The notes: generated from the letters alone by a model not told the origin. Shown: positions 50,563 through 59,857, counted from the first letter of the stretch. The stretch: DNA of 64,000 nt from Hydrurus foetidus (GCA_900617105.1 UYFQ01000001.1:3720001-3784000), one strand, 5' to 3'. A program made the numbers and translations.

Positions 50563-52035
50563 TCAACACTCTTCAGTCCAGCAGTAACCATCACGCGCAA
50601 TCATCGCGCTGCTGGCGCTCGGCCCCCAAGTCCCCGCCGCATACGGCCGTGGCCCCGTCGATTCAGCCGCCCAGCTCTGCATGATCGGCTCAACCCAGCG
50701 CCAGGCTTCTTCTTGCTCGTCGCTGCGCACAAACAGATTCAGGCGCCCGTCGATGACGTCGAGCAGCAATCGCTCGTAAGCGCCCACTCGCTCGGAGCCG
50801 AAGCGTTTGTCAAAGTCCAGGTCAAGCTGAACTGGCGACAGCACCGAATCACTGGTTTGCGCGGCGAGTCGATTTTGCTGACCCTGCGCGAGCAAATGCA
50901 GCTCCAGCCCGTCTTTGGGTTGCAGGTGAATCACGAGCCGGTTGGCAGCACCAACTGGCGACTTGTAAATAGCGTGCGGCGCAGGCCTGAAGTTCACTTC
51001 AATGTACGCACTGCGCCCAGCCAGGCGCTTGCCGGTGCGAATGTAAAACGGCACGCCCGCCCATCGCCAGTTGGCAATCTCGCAGCGCAGCGCAACGAAC
51101 GTTTCGGTGGCGCTTTGCGCCGGTACGCCTTTTTCCTGGGTGTAGGCCACCGCAGGCGCGCCTTCAATCGTGCCCGCCGCGTACTGCCCGCGCACCACGT
51201 GTTGCCGCAGGGTTTCTGGTGTCCACGGCTTCAAAGACCGCAACACCTTGAGCTTTTCGTCGCGTATGGCGTCTGCATGCGCGTTAATCGGCGGCTCCAT
51301 CGCCACGGCGCACAGCAGTTGCAGTGCGTGGTTTTGCACCATGTCGCGCAGCGCGCCCGTACTGTCGTAAAACGCGCCGCGTTTTTCAATGCCCAGGTCT
51401 TCAGCAATCGTGATCTGAATATTGGCGATGTCCTCGCGCCGCCAGAGCGGCTCAAACAACGCGTTGCCAAAACGCAGCGCAAACAGGTTTTGCACCGACG
51501 GCTTGCCCAGGTAGTGGTCAATTCTGAAAATCTGCTTTTCTTCAAACACCTTGCGCACGGCGCTATTGATGGCGCGGTTTGATTCAAGGTCATGGCCCAG
51601 CGGCTTTTCAAGCACCACGCGCACGTTGGGCTGGTTAAGCCCAGCAGCCGCAATGTTTTCGCAAAATACAGTGAATAACCCCGGGGCCGTGGCCAGGTAC
51701 ATCACCACGGTGTCGGCTGCGCGGGTTTTTAGCGTGGCCGACAAGGCTGCGTAGTCGCTGGCGTTAGACAAGTCCATTCGCAAGTACGTCAGCAATGCCG
51801 CAAAGCGTGCAAATTCGTCGTCGCTGGGGCGCTTCGCCAGCTCCACATCGTCAAAGCGCGACTTGATGAGCGCGCGGTAGGCGTCTTCAGTCAAATCGTC
51901 TCGCGCCACGCCCACAATGCGGCCGCCCGCGGGCAGCGATCCGTGCCTGAATGCCTGGAACAGCGCGGGCAAAAGCTTGCGCCACACCAAATCGCCTGTG
52001 CCACCGAACAAAATGAGGTCAAATCCCATGGTCAT
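50563..52035 (-). CDS. zwf: Glucose-6-phosphate dehydrogenase
   Basis: FGGTGDL, EKPLG, RIDHYLGK, RDMVQNH, RWAGVPFY.RTGK. Confidence 0.97.
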   Translation of the reverse strand: MTMGFDLILFGGTGDLVWRKLLPALFQAFRHGSLPAGGRIVGVARDDLTEDAYRALIKSRFDDVELAKRPSDDEFARFAALLTYLRMDLSNASDYAALSATLKTRAADTVVMYLATAPGLFTVFCENIAAAGLNQPNVRVVLEKPLGHDLESNRAINSAVRKVFEEKQIFRIDHYLGKPSVQNLFALRFGNALFEPLWRREDIANIQITIAEDLGIEKRGAFYDSTGALRDMVQNHALQLLCAVAMEPPINAHADAIRDEKLKVLRSLKPWTPETLRQHVVRGQYAAGTIEGAPAVAYTQEKGVPAQSATETFVALRCEIANWRWAGVPFYIRTGKRLAGRSAYIEVNFRPAPHAIYKSPVGAANRLVIHLQPKDGLELHLLAQGQQNRLAAQTSDSVLSPVQLDLDFDKRFGSERVGAYERLLLDVIDGRLNLFVRSDEQEEAWRWVEPIMQSWAAESTGPRPYAAGTWGPSASSAMIARDGYCWTEEC

Positions 52036-52077
52036 TGCTTGCCGTCGTGTTGAGTTGTGTTGAGTTGTGCAAAGGTA

Positions 52078-52092
52078 TGTAATTTAGTTTCA
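52078..52092. promoter_or_regulatory. Candidate HexR operator
   Basis: TGTAATTTAGTTTCA resembles TGTAAT-N3-ATTACA, between divergent zwf-hexR and tal-pgi. Confidence 0.55.
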
Positions 52093-52139
52093 CAGTATAT
52101 TGGCATAATGGTAACTCGCAAAATCCGGATGCATCAGCC

Positions 52140-53087
52140 ATGAACCAACTCGACGCCCTCAAACAATTCACCACCGTGGTTGCCGATACGGGCGACTTCA
52201 AGCAGCTTGCGCAGTTCAAACCGCAAGACGCCACCACCAATCCGTCGTTGATTTTGAAGGCCGTACAAAAGCCCGATTACCAGCCGCTGATGGCGGGTGT
52301 GGTGGGTAAATTCAAGGGCCGCCCGCTTGATGAAGTAATGGACCGCCTGCTGGTGCGCTTTGGCTGCGAGATTTTGGCCACTATTCCAGGGCGCGTGTCC
52401 ACCGAGATTGATGCGCGCTTGAGCTTTGACACCAACGCGACGTTGACACGCGGCGAACGCATCATCGAGCTGTACCAAGCCGAGGGAATCCACATCGACC
52501 GCGTGCTGATCAAGGTCGCGGCGACGTGGGAAGGCATTCAAGCCGCAGAAAAGCTGGAGCAGCGCGGCATACACACCAACCTCACGCTGCTGTTTGCGTT
52601 TTGCCAGGCGGTGGCGTGCGGGCAAGCCAAGGTGCAATTGATATCGCCCTTTGTAGGCCGCATTTACGACTGGCACAAAAAAGCCTGCGGCGCGGCGTGG
52701 GTAGAAGCAGACAACGTCGGCGCTAATGACCCCGGCGTGGAGTCGGTGCGCGACATTTACCGGCATTTCAAACACTTCGGTATTGCTACCGAAATCATGG
52801 GCGCCAGCTTTCGCAATGTTGGTCAAATTACCGCGCTGGCGGGCTGTGATTTACTGACCATCAGCCCTGAGCTCTTGGGCCAACTGGCAGCAGCCGATGC
52901 GCCTTTGTCGCAAGCGCTGGATGCTGACGCCGCCAAAGCACTTAAATTGCCTGCCATTAATTTCGATGAAGCAGGCTTCAGGTTTGCACTTAACCAGGAC
53001 GCAATGGCCACTGAAAAGCTGGCCGAGGGCATTCGAGGTTTCGTGACCGATGCTGTTCTGCTTGAGCAACTGATGCAGGCGTTGTGA
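52140..53087 (+). CDS. tal: Transaldolase
   Basis: [38 protein letters not shown]. Confidence 0.97.
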   Translation: MNQLDALKQFTTVVADTGDFKQLAQFKPQDATTNPSLILKAVQKPDYQPLMAGVVGKFKGRPLDEVMDRLLVRFGCEILATIPGRVSTEIDARLSFDTNATLTRGERIIELYQAEGIHIDRVLIKVAATWEGIQAAEKLEQRGIHTNLTLLFAFCQAVACGQAKVQLISPFVGRIYDWHKKACGAAWVEADNVGANDPGVESVRDIYRHFKHFGIATEIMGASFRNVGQITALAGCDLLTISPELLGQLAAADAPLSQALDADAAKALKLPAINFDEAGFRFALNQDAMATEKLAEGIRGFVTDAVLLEQLMQAL

Positions 53088-54664
53088 TGCGCACCCGCTG
53101 CGACAAAACGCCTGACTGGGCTTTGCTAAAAAGCGCGTTTGAAAAAACCGGTAAATCGTTTGACTTAAACGCCGCTTTTGCAGCTGACTCTCAGCGCTTC
53201 AGTAAATTCAGCCAAGACGCGCCGCATGTCTTTGCAGACTTGTCTAAAAACCTGATCGACGCCGCAACCGAATCTTTGTTGTTTGACCTGGCTCGCCAAT
53301 GCGGTGTGGAGCAACACAGAAATGCCATGTTTGCGGGCCAGGCCATCAACAGCACTGAAAACCGTGCCGTAATGCATTTTTTACTAAGAAATACGCCTGC
53401 AGCCCAATATATACAGGCGCAAACAGCTATTAATAAAATAGCAGATAAGCAAGCTGAAGTCGAAGCAACGCTTAACGCCATGCTGGCCTTCGCAGACAAA
53501 ATCCGTGCTGACAGCCGCATCACTGACGTAATCAATATCGGCATTGGCGGCTCAGACTTGGGCCCGCAAATGGCGGTGCTGGCGCTTAATGAGTTTGCCG
53601 ACACAACCGGGTCAGTTACCAGGCGTTTTCACTTTGTGTCGAATGTTGACGGGCAAGAGCTGGCTGATGTACTGGCGCAATGCAAGCCGCACAGCACGCT
53701 GTTTTTAATTGCGTCCAAAACCTTCACCACCACTGAAACCATGACCAACGCGCAATCAGCGCGAGACTGGTTTGCCAGCAATGGCGGCAAAAACGTAGCC
53801 GAGCATTTTGCGGCACTCACCACCAACGTGGCCGCAGCCAATGCGTTTGGCATTGCCAGCACTTTTGGTTTTTGGGACTGGGTGGGTGGGCGTTATTCGC
53901 TGTGGTCGGCGATTGGTTTGCCGATTGCCATTGCGATTGGCAGCGCGGGCTTTCGTGATTTTTTGGCCGGCGCGCACGCGATGGACGAGCACTTTCAACA
54001 CGCGCCGCTTGAGCAAAACCTGCCCGTGCGATTGGCATTGCTAGACATTTGGTACCGCAATTTTCACCACTTCAGCAGCCGCAGCATTGCCCCGTACAGC
54101 AGCGCGCTGCGCCGCTTGCCCGCGTACTTGCAGCAGCTGGAAATGGAAAGCAATGGCAAGCGGGTGGATGTGGAAGGCAACGCATTGCCCTATGACACCG
54201 CGCCCGTGCTGTGGGGCGAGCCCGGCACCAACGGCCAGCATGCGTATTTTCAAATGCTGCACCAGGGCACGGCGGTTGTGCCGGTCGAATTTATTGCGGT
54301 CAAAAATGCCGGGCATTCTTTACCCGGCCACCACAGCAAACTGCTCGCCAACGCACTTGCACAGGCGCAAGCACTGATGGTGGGCAAGGCAGACAGCGGT
54401 GGCCACAAGCACTTTCCGGGCAACCGGCCCAGCACGTTTTTGCTGCTCGACAGGCTCACCCCCGCCAGCCTGGGCGCGCTGCTGGCGCTGCAAGAGCACC
54501 GCGTGTTTGTCAGCGGCAGCATCTGGGGCATCAACAGCTTTGACCAGTGGGGCGTAGAGCTGGGTAAGGTGCTGGCGCAAGATATTGAGCATCGCTTGCA
54601 GAGTGGGGATTTGGCTGGGCTGGATGCTTCTACGGCTGGTTTGCTGGCCCGCCTGCGCAAGTAA
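53084..54664 (+). CDS. pgi: Glucose-6-phosphate isomerase
   Basis: [48 protein letters not shown]. Confidence 0.97.
   Translation: MMRTRCDKTPDWALLKSAFEKTGKSFDLNAAFAADSQRFSKFSQDAPHVFADLSKNLIDAATESLLFDLARQCGVEQHRNAMFAGQAINSTENRAVMHFLLRNTPAAQYIQAQTAINKIADKQAEVEATLNAMLAFADKIRADSRITDVINIGIGGSDLGPQMAVLALNEFADTTGSVTRRFHFVSNVDGQELADVLAQCKPHSTLFLIASKTFTTTETMTNAQSARDWFASNGGKNVAEHFAALTTNVAAANAFGIASTFGFWDWVGGRYSLWSAIGLPIAIAIGSAGFRDFLAGAHAMDEHFQHAPLEQNLPVRLALLDIWYRNFHHFSSRSIAPYSSALRRLPAYLQQLEMESNGKRVDVEGNALPYDTAPVLWGEPGTNGQHAYFQMLHQGTAVVPVEFIAVKNAGHSLPGHHSKLLANALAQAQALMVGKADSGGHKHFPGNRPSTFLLLDRLTPASLGALLALQEHRVFVSGSIWGINSFDQWGVELGKVLAQDIEHRLQSGDLAGLDASTAGLLARLRK
53395..53442 (-). repeat. GCTAT-N7-ATAGC family repeat inside pgi
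   Basis: GCCTGCAGCCCAATATATACAGGCGCAAACAGCTATTAATAAAATAGC, closely similar to the 61666-61713 copy. Confidence 0.88.
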
Positions 54665-54816
54665 GCGGGTGGGTTAGAACAAAAAGCCGCCTGAAGCCCG
54701 AGCCTGTCGCGGATGCATCATTTCACTCGGACTTACCCTGTCCCGTTGTCGCCCAGTAATGGCTACGATGTGTTGTGGAAAAAAGTACGGTCGTTCTATT
54801 ATTCAAAGGATTCATC

Positions 54817-56034
54817 ATGAGACAACAGAAAAAAGTTCTTTTAACGCTGGCGTTCACTGCTTTGCTGGCCAGTTGCGGTGGCGGTGGTGGTGGCGACGCC
54901 CCCCCGTCAACGCCTTTTAAGTTCAGCCAAATGATCACCTTCGGCGACAGCTTGAGTGACGTGGGGACTTACAAAGTGGGAGCGATTGCTGCCTCGAAGG
55001 GCGGGCAATTTACCGTTAATTCACCTACCGCAAAAAACTGGACTGAAGTACTCGCAGCCAAGTATGGTTTGCCAGCGCCTTGCGCGGCGCAAACGGGGTT
55101 TAATTCATTGATTCCCGGTTTTGATGGAGAAGCAACCAAAAACATCACCACGTGTCGCAACTATGCGCAAGGCAGCGCACGTGTAACCAACGTGTTTGGC
55201 CCCAACAGCAAAGCGATTCAGGATGTTGCCCCTTCAGCCGCGCCGCTGGGATTCACTGCACTTCCAGTATTCAACCAAATCAACAACCACCTCGCTGCTG
55301 CAGGAGGTGTTTTCAGCCCTACGGAATTAGTTGTCGTGCTGGCAGGCGGAAATGACGTGTTTTTGAACCTTGGAGCCGTAGGAAGCCTCGGTACAACTGG
55401 CTTTGTGGGCGCAGCCAGTTTTGCTGGATGGAGCGCAGCCCAGCTCGCTGCCGTGAAAGAAGCTACAACGCCGGCCGATGCAGGTTTAGCAGCCCAAACG
55501 GCAGCACTGCAAGGCATGACCAAGGCCGGCACAGAACTGGCCACGTACATCAAAACGCTGATCGTGGCTAAAGGCGCGAAGTTCGTGGCTGTCGTCAACT
55601 TGCCAGACGTGGGTCAAACCCCATTAGCCGCCAGTTTGGGCACGACAACGGCCGCCTTGTTAACTGCGCTCTCCACCACCTTCAACTCGGCTGTAGCGGC
55701 TGGGCTGGCAGGTGTACCCGAGGTGACCATCGTTGATGCGCTGACCCAAGGTCGCGCTCAAGTGGCCAACCCTGCAGCATTTGGTTTGACGAACGCAACA
55801 TCGCCAGCTTGCGCCGTCGGACCAGCTCTTGTCTCCGGCAACCCATTAGGCAGCGCGACGGGCGGACCGTCGATCACCTGCACCACCGCAAGCACATTGG
55901 GCATGGTAACCCCGCCGGCCGTTGACGTCAGCCGCTACAACTTCTCAGACGATGTGCACCTGACCCCATACGGCAACGTATTGTTGGCTGATTTTGTGTA
56001 TGGCCGCTTGTCTGCAGCGGGCTTCCCGAAATAA
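54817..56034 (+). CDS. SGNH/GDSL esterase lipoprotein
   Basis: Lipobox LASC; FGDSLSD, NYAQG, GGND, DDVHLT. Confidence 0.9.
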   Translation: MRQQKKVLLTLAFTALLASCGGGGGGDAPPSTPFKFSQMITFGDSLSDVGTYKVGAIAASKGGQFTVNSPTAKNWTEVLAAKYGLPAPCAAQTGFNSLIPGFDGEATKNITTCRNYAQGSARVTNVFGPNSKAIQDVAPSAAPLGFTALPVFNQINNHLAAAGGVFSPTELVVVLAGGNDVFLNLGAVGSLGTTGFVGAASFAGWSAAQLAAVKEATTPADAGLAAQTAALQGMTKAGTELATYIKTLIVAKGAKFVAVVNLPDVGQTPLAASLGTTTAALLTALSTTFNSAVAAGLAGVPEVTIVDALTQGRAQVANPAAFGLTNATSPACAVGPALVSGNPLGSATGGPSITCTTASTLGMVTPPAVDVSRYNFSDDVHLTPYGNVLLADFVYGRLSAAGFPK

Positions 56035-56084
56035 CAGCGCAACGCGAATCGGCTGGCGGTTGTTAACGCAACCGGCTCAGACGC

Positions 56085-56123
56085 AAAAAAGGCAGCAACA
56101 AAAGTTGGCTGCCTTTTTTTTTT
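56085..56123. terminator. Bidirectional terminator at the left edge of the accessory array
   Basis: AAAAAAGGCAGC..GCTGCCTTTTTTTTTT. Confidence 0.8.
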
Positions 56124-56133
56124 CGAATTGCGA

Positions 56134-56351
56134 GCCGCGCTGCCCGGCCCTGACTCGGCTGTGTTTTTTTGGCCGTCAACGACGTTGCCAGAGCTCGCGG
56201 TGTGAGTCAGCTAGCTAAAACCATCCAGCCAGGCCGCGAGAGTTGGTACAAAGCGCTAAGCGCTGGTGCCAAGCCAATGTATGACACGATGATCAGTGCG
56301 ATTAATGCTTTGGGTGTTCAGCAACAGGTGGTGCAGGTAAGTGCGCCTTGA
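56134..56351 (+). pseudogene. 5'-truncated, frameshifted copy of the addiction-module antidote
   Basis: Aligns with 58753-58971 (DVARARG.SQLAK..Q.GRES.YKALSAGAKP.YDTMI..INALGVQ); no N-terminus; 1-nt loss in a T run. Confidence 0.88.
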
Positions 56352-56367
56352 ATGCAGTGTCTAATTT

Positions 56368-56574
56368 TTATGGCTTGCCCGCCGTGAGGCCAGTCTTGTT
56401 ACCGGGTGGCCTGTAGAACTTAAATCCGAGTGCCAGGGCATTAGCTGTTGCAGCCTCGGAATATGCATGCAAATCACCGTGGTATTTGTCATTCAGTTGC
56501 TGCCTGACTGAATGTATTTCAGCAATGATGGGATCACGCCAATTGGCTGACGGGGGTGGTTGAAGTGTTTGCAT
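56368..56574 (-). CDS. Small putative antitoxin downstream of the PIN pseudogene
   Basis: ATG 2 nt after the PIN stop; WRDPIIAEIH..R......Y..DL.A motif recalled from partners of this PIN family. Confidence 0.68.
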   Translation of the reverse strand: MQTLQPPPSANWRDPIIAEIHSVRQQLNDKYHGDLHAYSEAATANALALGFKFYRPPGNKTGLTAGKP

Positions 56575-56576
56575 GT

Positions 56577-57057
56577 TTAGCTCTCCAGCATTTCTAGCGG
56601 TGAAACCAGCTCGGGTAGTCTGTAGCCTTTGGCCGCGCAAAGTCCCCGCATGGTGGGCAACTGGACCGGGTTCGCGATGTGTTTAAAGTTCCAAGTCAGC
56701 AAGATATTGACTGAATGAAAAGCTGCACAAGCGATATGAAGCGCATACAGCCGTGCCTTTTGCGGAAGACCGCCCTAACAACAAGTAGTCGGCGATAGCT
56801 TCAATGTCGGCATTTATTTCTAACACTGGTAAAGCACGCACTGCATCAATGCGCTCTTTGGCGGCGTTTGCATCTCCGCCTTGTATTTCTTGAATCACGA
56901 AGGGTGAAATACAAGCCGTTACCGAGTCAAGCTTGGTTGTCCACCATTGTTGCGTGACTGCTTGCCATGAATTTCTAATCTGGTCGCTTGATGGCCTAGC
57001 TGTCAGATAGCTAACCACCGAGGATTCAATATAGACAAGCGGTTTCTTGGCGTCAGT
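56577..57057 (-). pseudogene. PIN-domain (VapC-like) toxin pseudogene
   Basis: KPLVYIESSVVSYLTARPS directly preceded by TAA (no start codon); frameshift near 56773, then LYALHIACAAFHSVNILLTWNFKHIAN...ELVSPLEMLES*. Confidence 0.85.
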
Positions 57058-57080
57058 TTAGTTTGAATTGTTAGCCTGCT

Positions 57081-57282
57081 CAAAAAAAGCCGCAAGGTTT
57101 GCACCGTGCGGGGTTCACTTGAGGACTCAGACGCTCGGTCTGAAACCTCAAAGCTGCACTACCTGCAACCTTAGGCGTATTACATATCCATGCCGCCCAC
57201 ACCACCCATGCCGTTCATGCCACCACCCATGCCGCCGCTTGGGGCGTCGTCTTTGGGTGCTTCTGCAATCATGGCTCGCCGT
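57081..57282 (-). repeat. Displaced groEL 3' end, distal copy (last ~31 codons plus 3' hairpin and terminator)
   Basis: 57180-57276 encodes [31 protein letters not shown]; 57081-57150 matches the groEL terminator and hairpin. Confidence 0.93.
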
Positions 57283-57322
57283 GTTTACCGCTGTCGTATT
57301 CAGTAACGCCAGTGGCGGCACA

Positions 57323-57712
57323 TCAAAAGGCTTGCGCTGTGTAGCCTGATTCTGTTGTGCCCAACTTGAGCAGCACGGCATCGTTGGTAATGACGGTGGC
57401 ATCGTGCAGTGCTGCGCTAGCCATCACAATGGCATCAGGCAGTTTGACAGCACGGGTTTTTCTTAACTCCGCTACTTGCTCCATCAATGCGGTGTTGCTG
57501 TAGTTCGAGTCAACAACCGTGATCCGGCTTAACAGGTCTGTGAATATGAGGCGATCTGGCTCAGTGAGACCACCGAAACCTAGGAACTCCAGCACATGGA
57601 TGACAGAAACCCCAAGCCAACCGGCATCTTTGATCAGAGCAATTAGAGCTTCGTGGCCTTCCAGCAATGCCACCAAGGCATTGGTGTCCAGCAGATAGCG
57701 TTCACCACGCGT
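57323..57712 (-). CDS. PIN-domain VapC toxin (start codon uncertain)
   Basis: RYLLDTNAL, SVI...E.L, KLPDAIVMASA, VITND. Confidence 0.85.
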   Translation of the reverse strand, partial: TRGERYLLDTNALVALLEGHEALIALIKDAGWLGVSVIHVLEFLGFGGLTEPDRLIFTDLLSRITVVDSNYSNTALMEQVAELRKTRAVKLPDAIVMASAALHDATVITNDAVLLKLGTTESGYTAQAF

Positions 57713-57920
57713 CGCGCTGCGCACGTTGTGCAGCCACTGCATCGCCACGCCACGCCAGGCGGCCCACCAGGTCCGAAAAATCGTAGCGCACGGGCTCAGC
57801 AGCGGGCTGCGGCGTATTTTCTATAACAACCAAAACAGGCTGTCGCTTGAGATTTTTCGGCGGCTCGTCTATCCAGATGAGCTGTGAGCCGCTGATTTCT
57901 GCGCTGTAGCTTTTAAGCAT
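57702..57920 (-). CDS. Putative VapB-like antitoxin
   Basis: GGAG RBS; MLKSYSAEI.G..L.W.D..P; ends DAVAAQRAQRDAW* overlapping the PIN gene. Confidence 0.8.
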   Translation of the reverse strand: MLKSYSAEISGSQLIWIDEPPKNLKRQPVLVVIENTPQPAAEPVRYDFSDLVGRLAWRGDAVAAQRAQRDAW

Positions 57921-57994
57921 GGGTCACTCCGAGTTTGAATGTGCGAGCGGTTTAGTACGTAACGTTGAATCAAATTTTTATTCTAGATGATGCA

Positions 57995-58266
57995 GTAAAA
58001 AACCCCGCAAGGTTTTCACCGTGCAGGGTTCGCTTGAGGACTCAGACGCTCGGTCTGAAATCTCATGGGTGCATTACATATCCATACCGCCCATACCACC
58101 CATACCGCCCATACCGCCACCACCCATGCCGCCGCCTGGAGCGTCGTCTTTTGGTGCTTCTGCAATCATGGCTTGTAGTGGTCAACATCAAGCTGGCAAC
58201 AGACGCTGCGTTTTGCAGTGCGGTGCGGGTCACTTTGGTTGGGTCCAGAATGCCCATTTCAATCAT
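57995..58266 (-). repeat. Displaced groEL 3' end, proximal copy (last ~64 codons plus 3' hairpin and terminator), frameshifted
   Basis: 58074-58266 is near-identical to 59954-60145 ([29 protein letters not shown]...); 57995-58065 matches the terminator and hairpin. Confidence 0.96.
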
Positions 58267-58309
58267 CTACAACCTGATGTTTATCGTATTACTTCGGATA
58301 CAATAAATT

Positions 58310-58618
58310 ATGAATGCATTTCACCGCACATCAGTTTTTGATGAGTGGTTGAGCCTGCTGAAAGACAAAACAGGCAAAGCGTTGATACTGAAGCGCATCC
58401 GCTCAGCTGAAGCGGGAAACCTCGGCGACTGTCGGCCTGTCGGTCAAGGCGTGAGTGAAATGCGTGTGCATTACGGGCCGGGCTACCGCGCCTACTTCAC
58501 GCGAACTGGCGGCGTGGTGTACGTGCTGCTTTGCGGTGGTGACAAAAGCAGCCAACAAAGCGATATTGCCCAAGCCATTGAAATAGCCAAATTGTTAAAG
58601 CAAAGGAAGCCGAAATGA
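58310..58618 (+). CDS. Addiction-module killer protein (HI1419-type, RelE/HigB-like)
   Basis: F..WL..LKD, RI.....GNLGD..PVG.GVSEMRVHYGPGYR.YF, LLCGGDKSSQ..DI. Confidence 0.92.
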   Translation: MNAFHRTSVFDEWLSLLKDKTGKALILKRIRSAEAGNLGDCRPVGQGVSEMRVHYGPGYRAYFTRTGGVVYVLLCGGDKSSQQSDIAQAIEIAKLLKQRKPK

Positions 58619-58971
58619 AAACCAAATCAGCCGCGCTAAAAGCCTTGGCCAGCACCAAAGCCAAAGTCAGCAAAGCCATCAAAATCGAAACAGCACCCTT
58701 TGATGCTGCCGACTACCTGGACGACAACGAAACCATTGCCGCCTACCTGACTGCTGCACTGACAGACCCTGACCCTGATGTGTTTTTGGTTGCAGTGAAA
58801 GACGTTGCCAGAGCCCGCGGCATGAGCCAGTTGGCCAAAGACACCCAGCTAGGCCGCGAGAGTTTGTACAAGGCGTTGAGCGCCGGTGCCAAGCCGCGTT
58901 ATGACACGATGATCAAAGTGATCAATGCCCTGGGTGTGCAGTTGCAGGTCGTGCCTGTGGTTGCGGCTTGA
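58615..58971 (+). CDS. Addiction-module antidote (HI1420-type HTH)
   Basis: FDAADYL...E.IAAYL, DVARARGMSQLA..T.LGRESLYKALS...PR..T..KV. Confidence 0.92.
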   Translation: MKTKSAALKALASTKAKVSKAIKIETAPFDAADYLDDNETIAAYLTAALTDPDPDVFLVAVKDVARARGMSQLAKDTQLGRESLYKALSAGAKPRYDTMIKVINALGVQLQVVPVVAA

Positions 58972-59857
58972 TGTTGAATTGGAACCAAGTTTCATTTCGA
59001 TTTCCCACTTCGCTGGCTTCAGTTCTAGTTTCAAACTGGCCCGATCGCTTCAATACTTGTCGCCAAGTCTTGCAACGATATTTAGACGGTGTTTGTTCTA
59101 CATGTTGTTTACCAATCCACGCGATCGCTGTATTTAGTAGAGTCCAGCCGTTTAATCCGCAGGCTGCTTCAGCTTCGCGCAACACCTGCACGATAGCGCT
59201 TGACGACCAATCTACTGTGCCATTCGGATTGATTCCGTCAAAAAGATCTTGCACAACCTGGCTTTGCATGAAGTAGGCGGACAGCGCCCTGGTGTTCAGC
59301 ATGCTTGCCGACCACTCACTGAGTTGCGTGAAGTTTGATTCAAAGGTGGTTTGACAAGTACCAAGGTAAGTTAACGCCACGGAACATCCCTCTTCTGTTT
59401 TAAGGCTAAATCTGTCAAGAAAGTGGTGCACCATGTCGTTGCGTGTTACCCGCATTTCTTCAAGCTCCTTACTTGTGATCTCGAGCTTTTCAGGAGTCAT
59501 CACAATTTGATGGCGAGACTTGAAGTAGGGCTGACCTGTTGCAATTACAAGGCTCTCTAAATCCGAATCTGCGCCATGCTCATCGAAATCGTGGGTGACG
59601 TTAACAACCAAGTCTTTCAGGAGATGGTCTTTGATGAGTACGCCAAGAGGCTTGTCATGCAAATGGTTGGCTCTTTCAACTCCATTGCTTTCGATGGTTT
59701 CAGCGCTACCCTCGATATTTGCAATTGCCAGCAGATTCTTCAATAAATGCTCGTATTGCTGAATTTGAAGCAGACAAGCGCCAAGCGTGCACTGCACTTC
59801 GCGTTGCATTTCCGCAAGTAAGTTAAGTGGAGATGAGCGTACGGCGGTTTTCAACAT
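58922..59857 (-). CDS. HEPN-like / OST-HTH (LOTUS) domain protein
   Basis: RNDMVH (Rx4H) in a helical N-terminal region; C-terminal GWTLL..A..WI......TP.KY.C.TW..VL.....FE resembles OST-HTH; visibly more AT-rich than groEL. Confidence 0.68.
   Translation of the reverse strand: MLKTAVRSSPLNLLAEMQREVQCTLGACLLQIQQYEHLLKNLLAIANIEGSAETIESNGVERANHLHDKPLGVLIKDHLLKDLVVNVTHDFDEHGADSDLESLVIATGQPYFKSRHQIVMTPEKLEITSKELEEMRVTRNDMVHHFLDRFSLKTEEGCSVALTYLGTCQTTFESNFTQLSEWSASMLNTRALSAYFMQSQVVQDLFDGINPNGTVDWSSSAIVQVLREAEAACGLNGWTLLNTAIAWIGKQHVEQTPSKYRCKTWRQVLKRSGQFETRTEASEVGNRNETWFQFNIKPQPQARPATAHPGH

Noticed and set aside
50557..51582. 341-aa plus-strand ORF opposite zwf and similar long antisense ORFs opposite nrdA, tal, cobT and groEL
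   Set aside because: Antisense frames expected from codon bias in GC-rich genes; no recognisable motifs
52048..52069. Tandem TGTTGAGTTG repeat upstream of zwf
   Set aside because: Only two units; cannot be distinguished from a chance local duplication
58063..58266. 67-aa ORF beginning [22 protein letters not shown] as a second groEL or mini-chaperonin
   Set aside because: Frameshifted displaced fragment with no evident RBS; treated as a repeat
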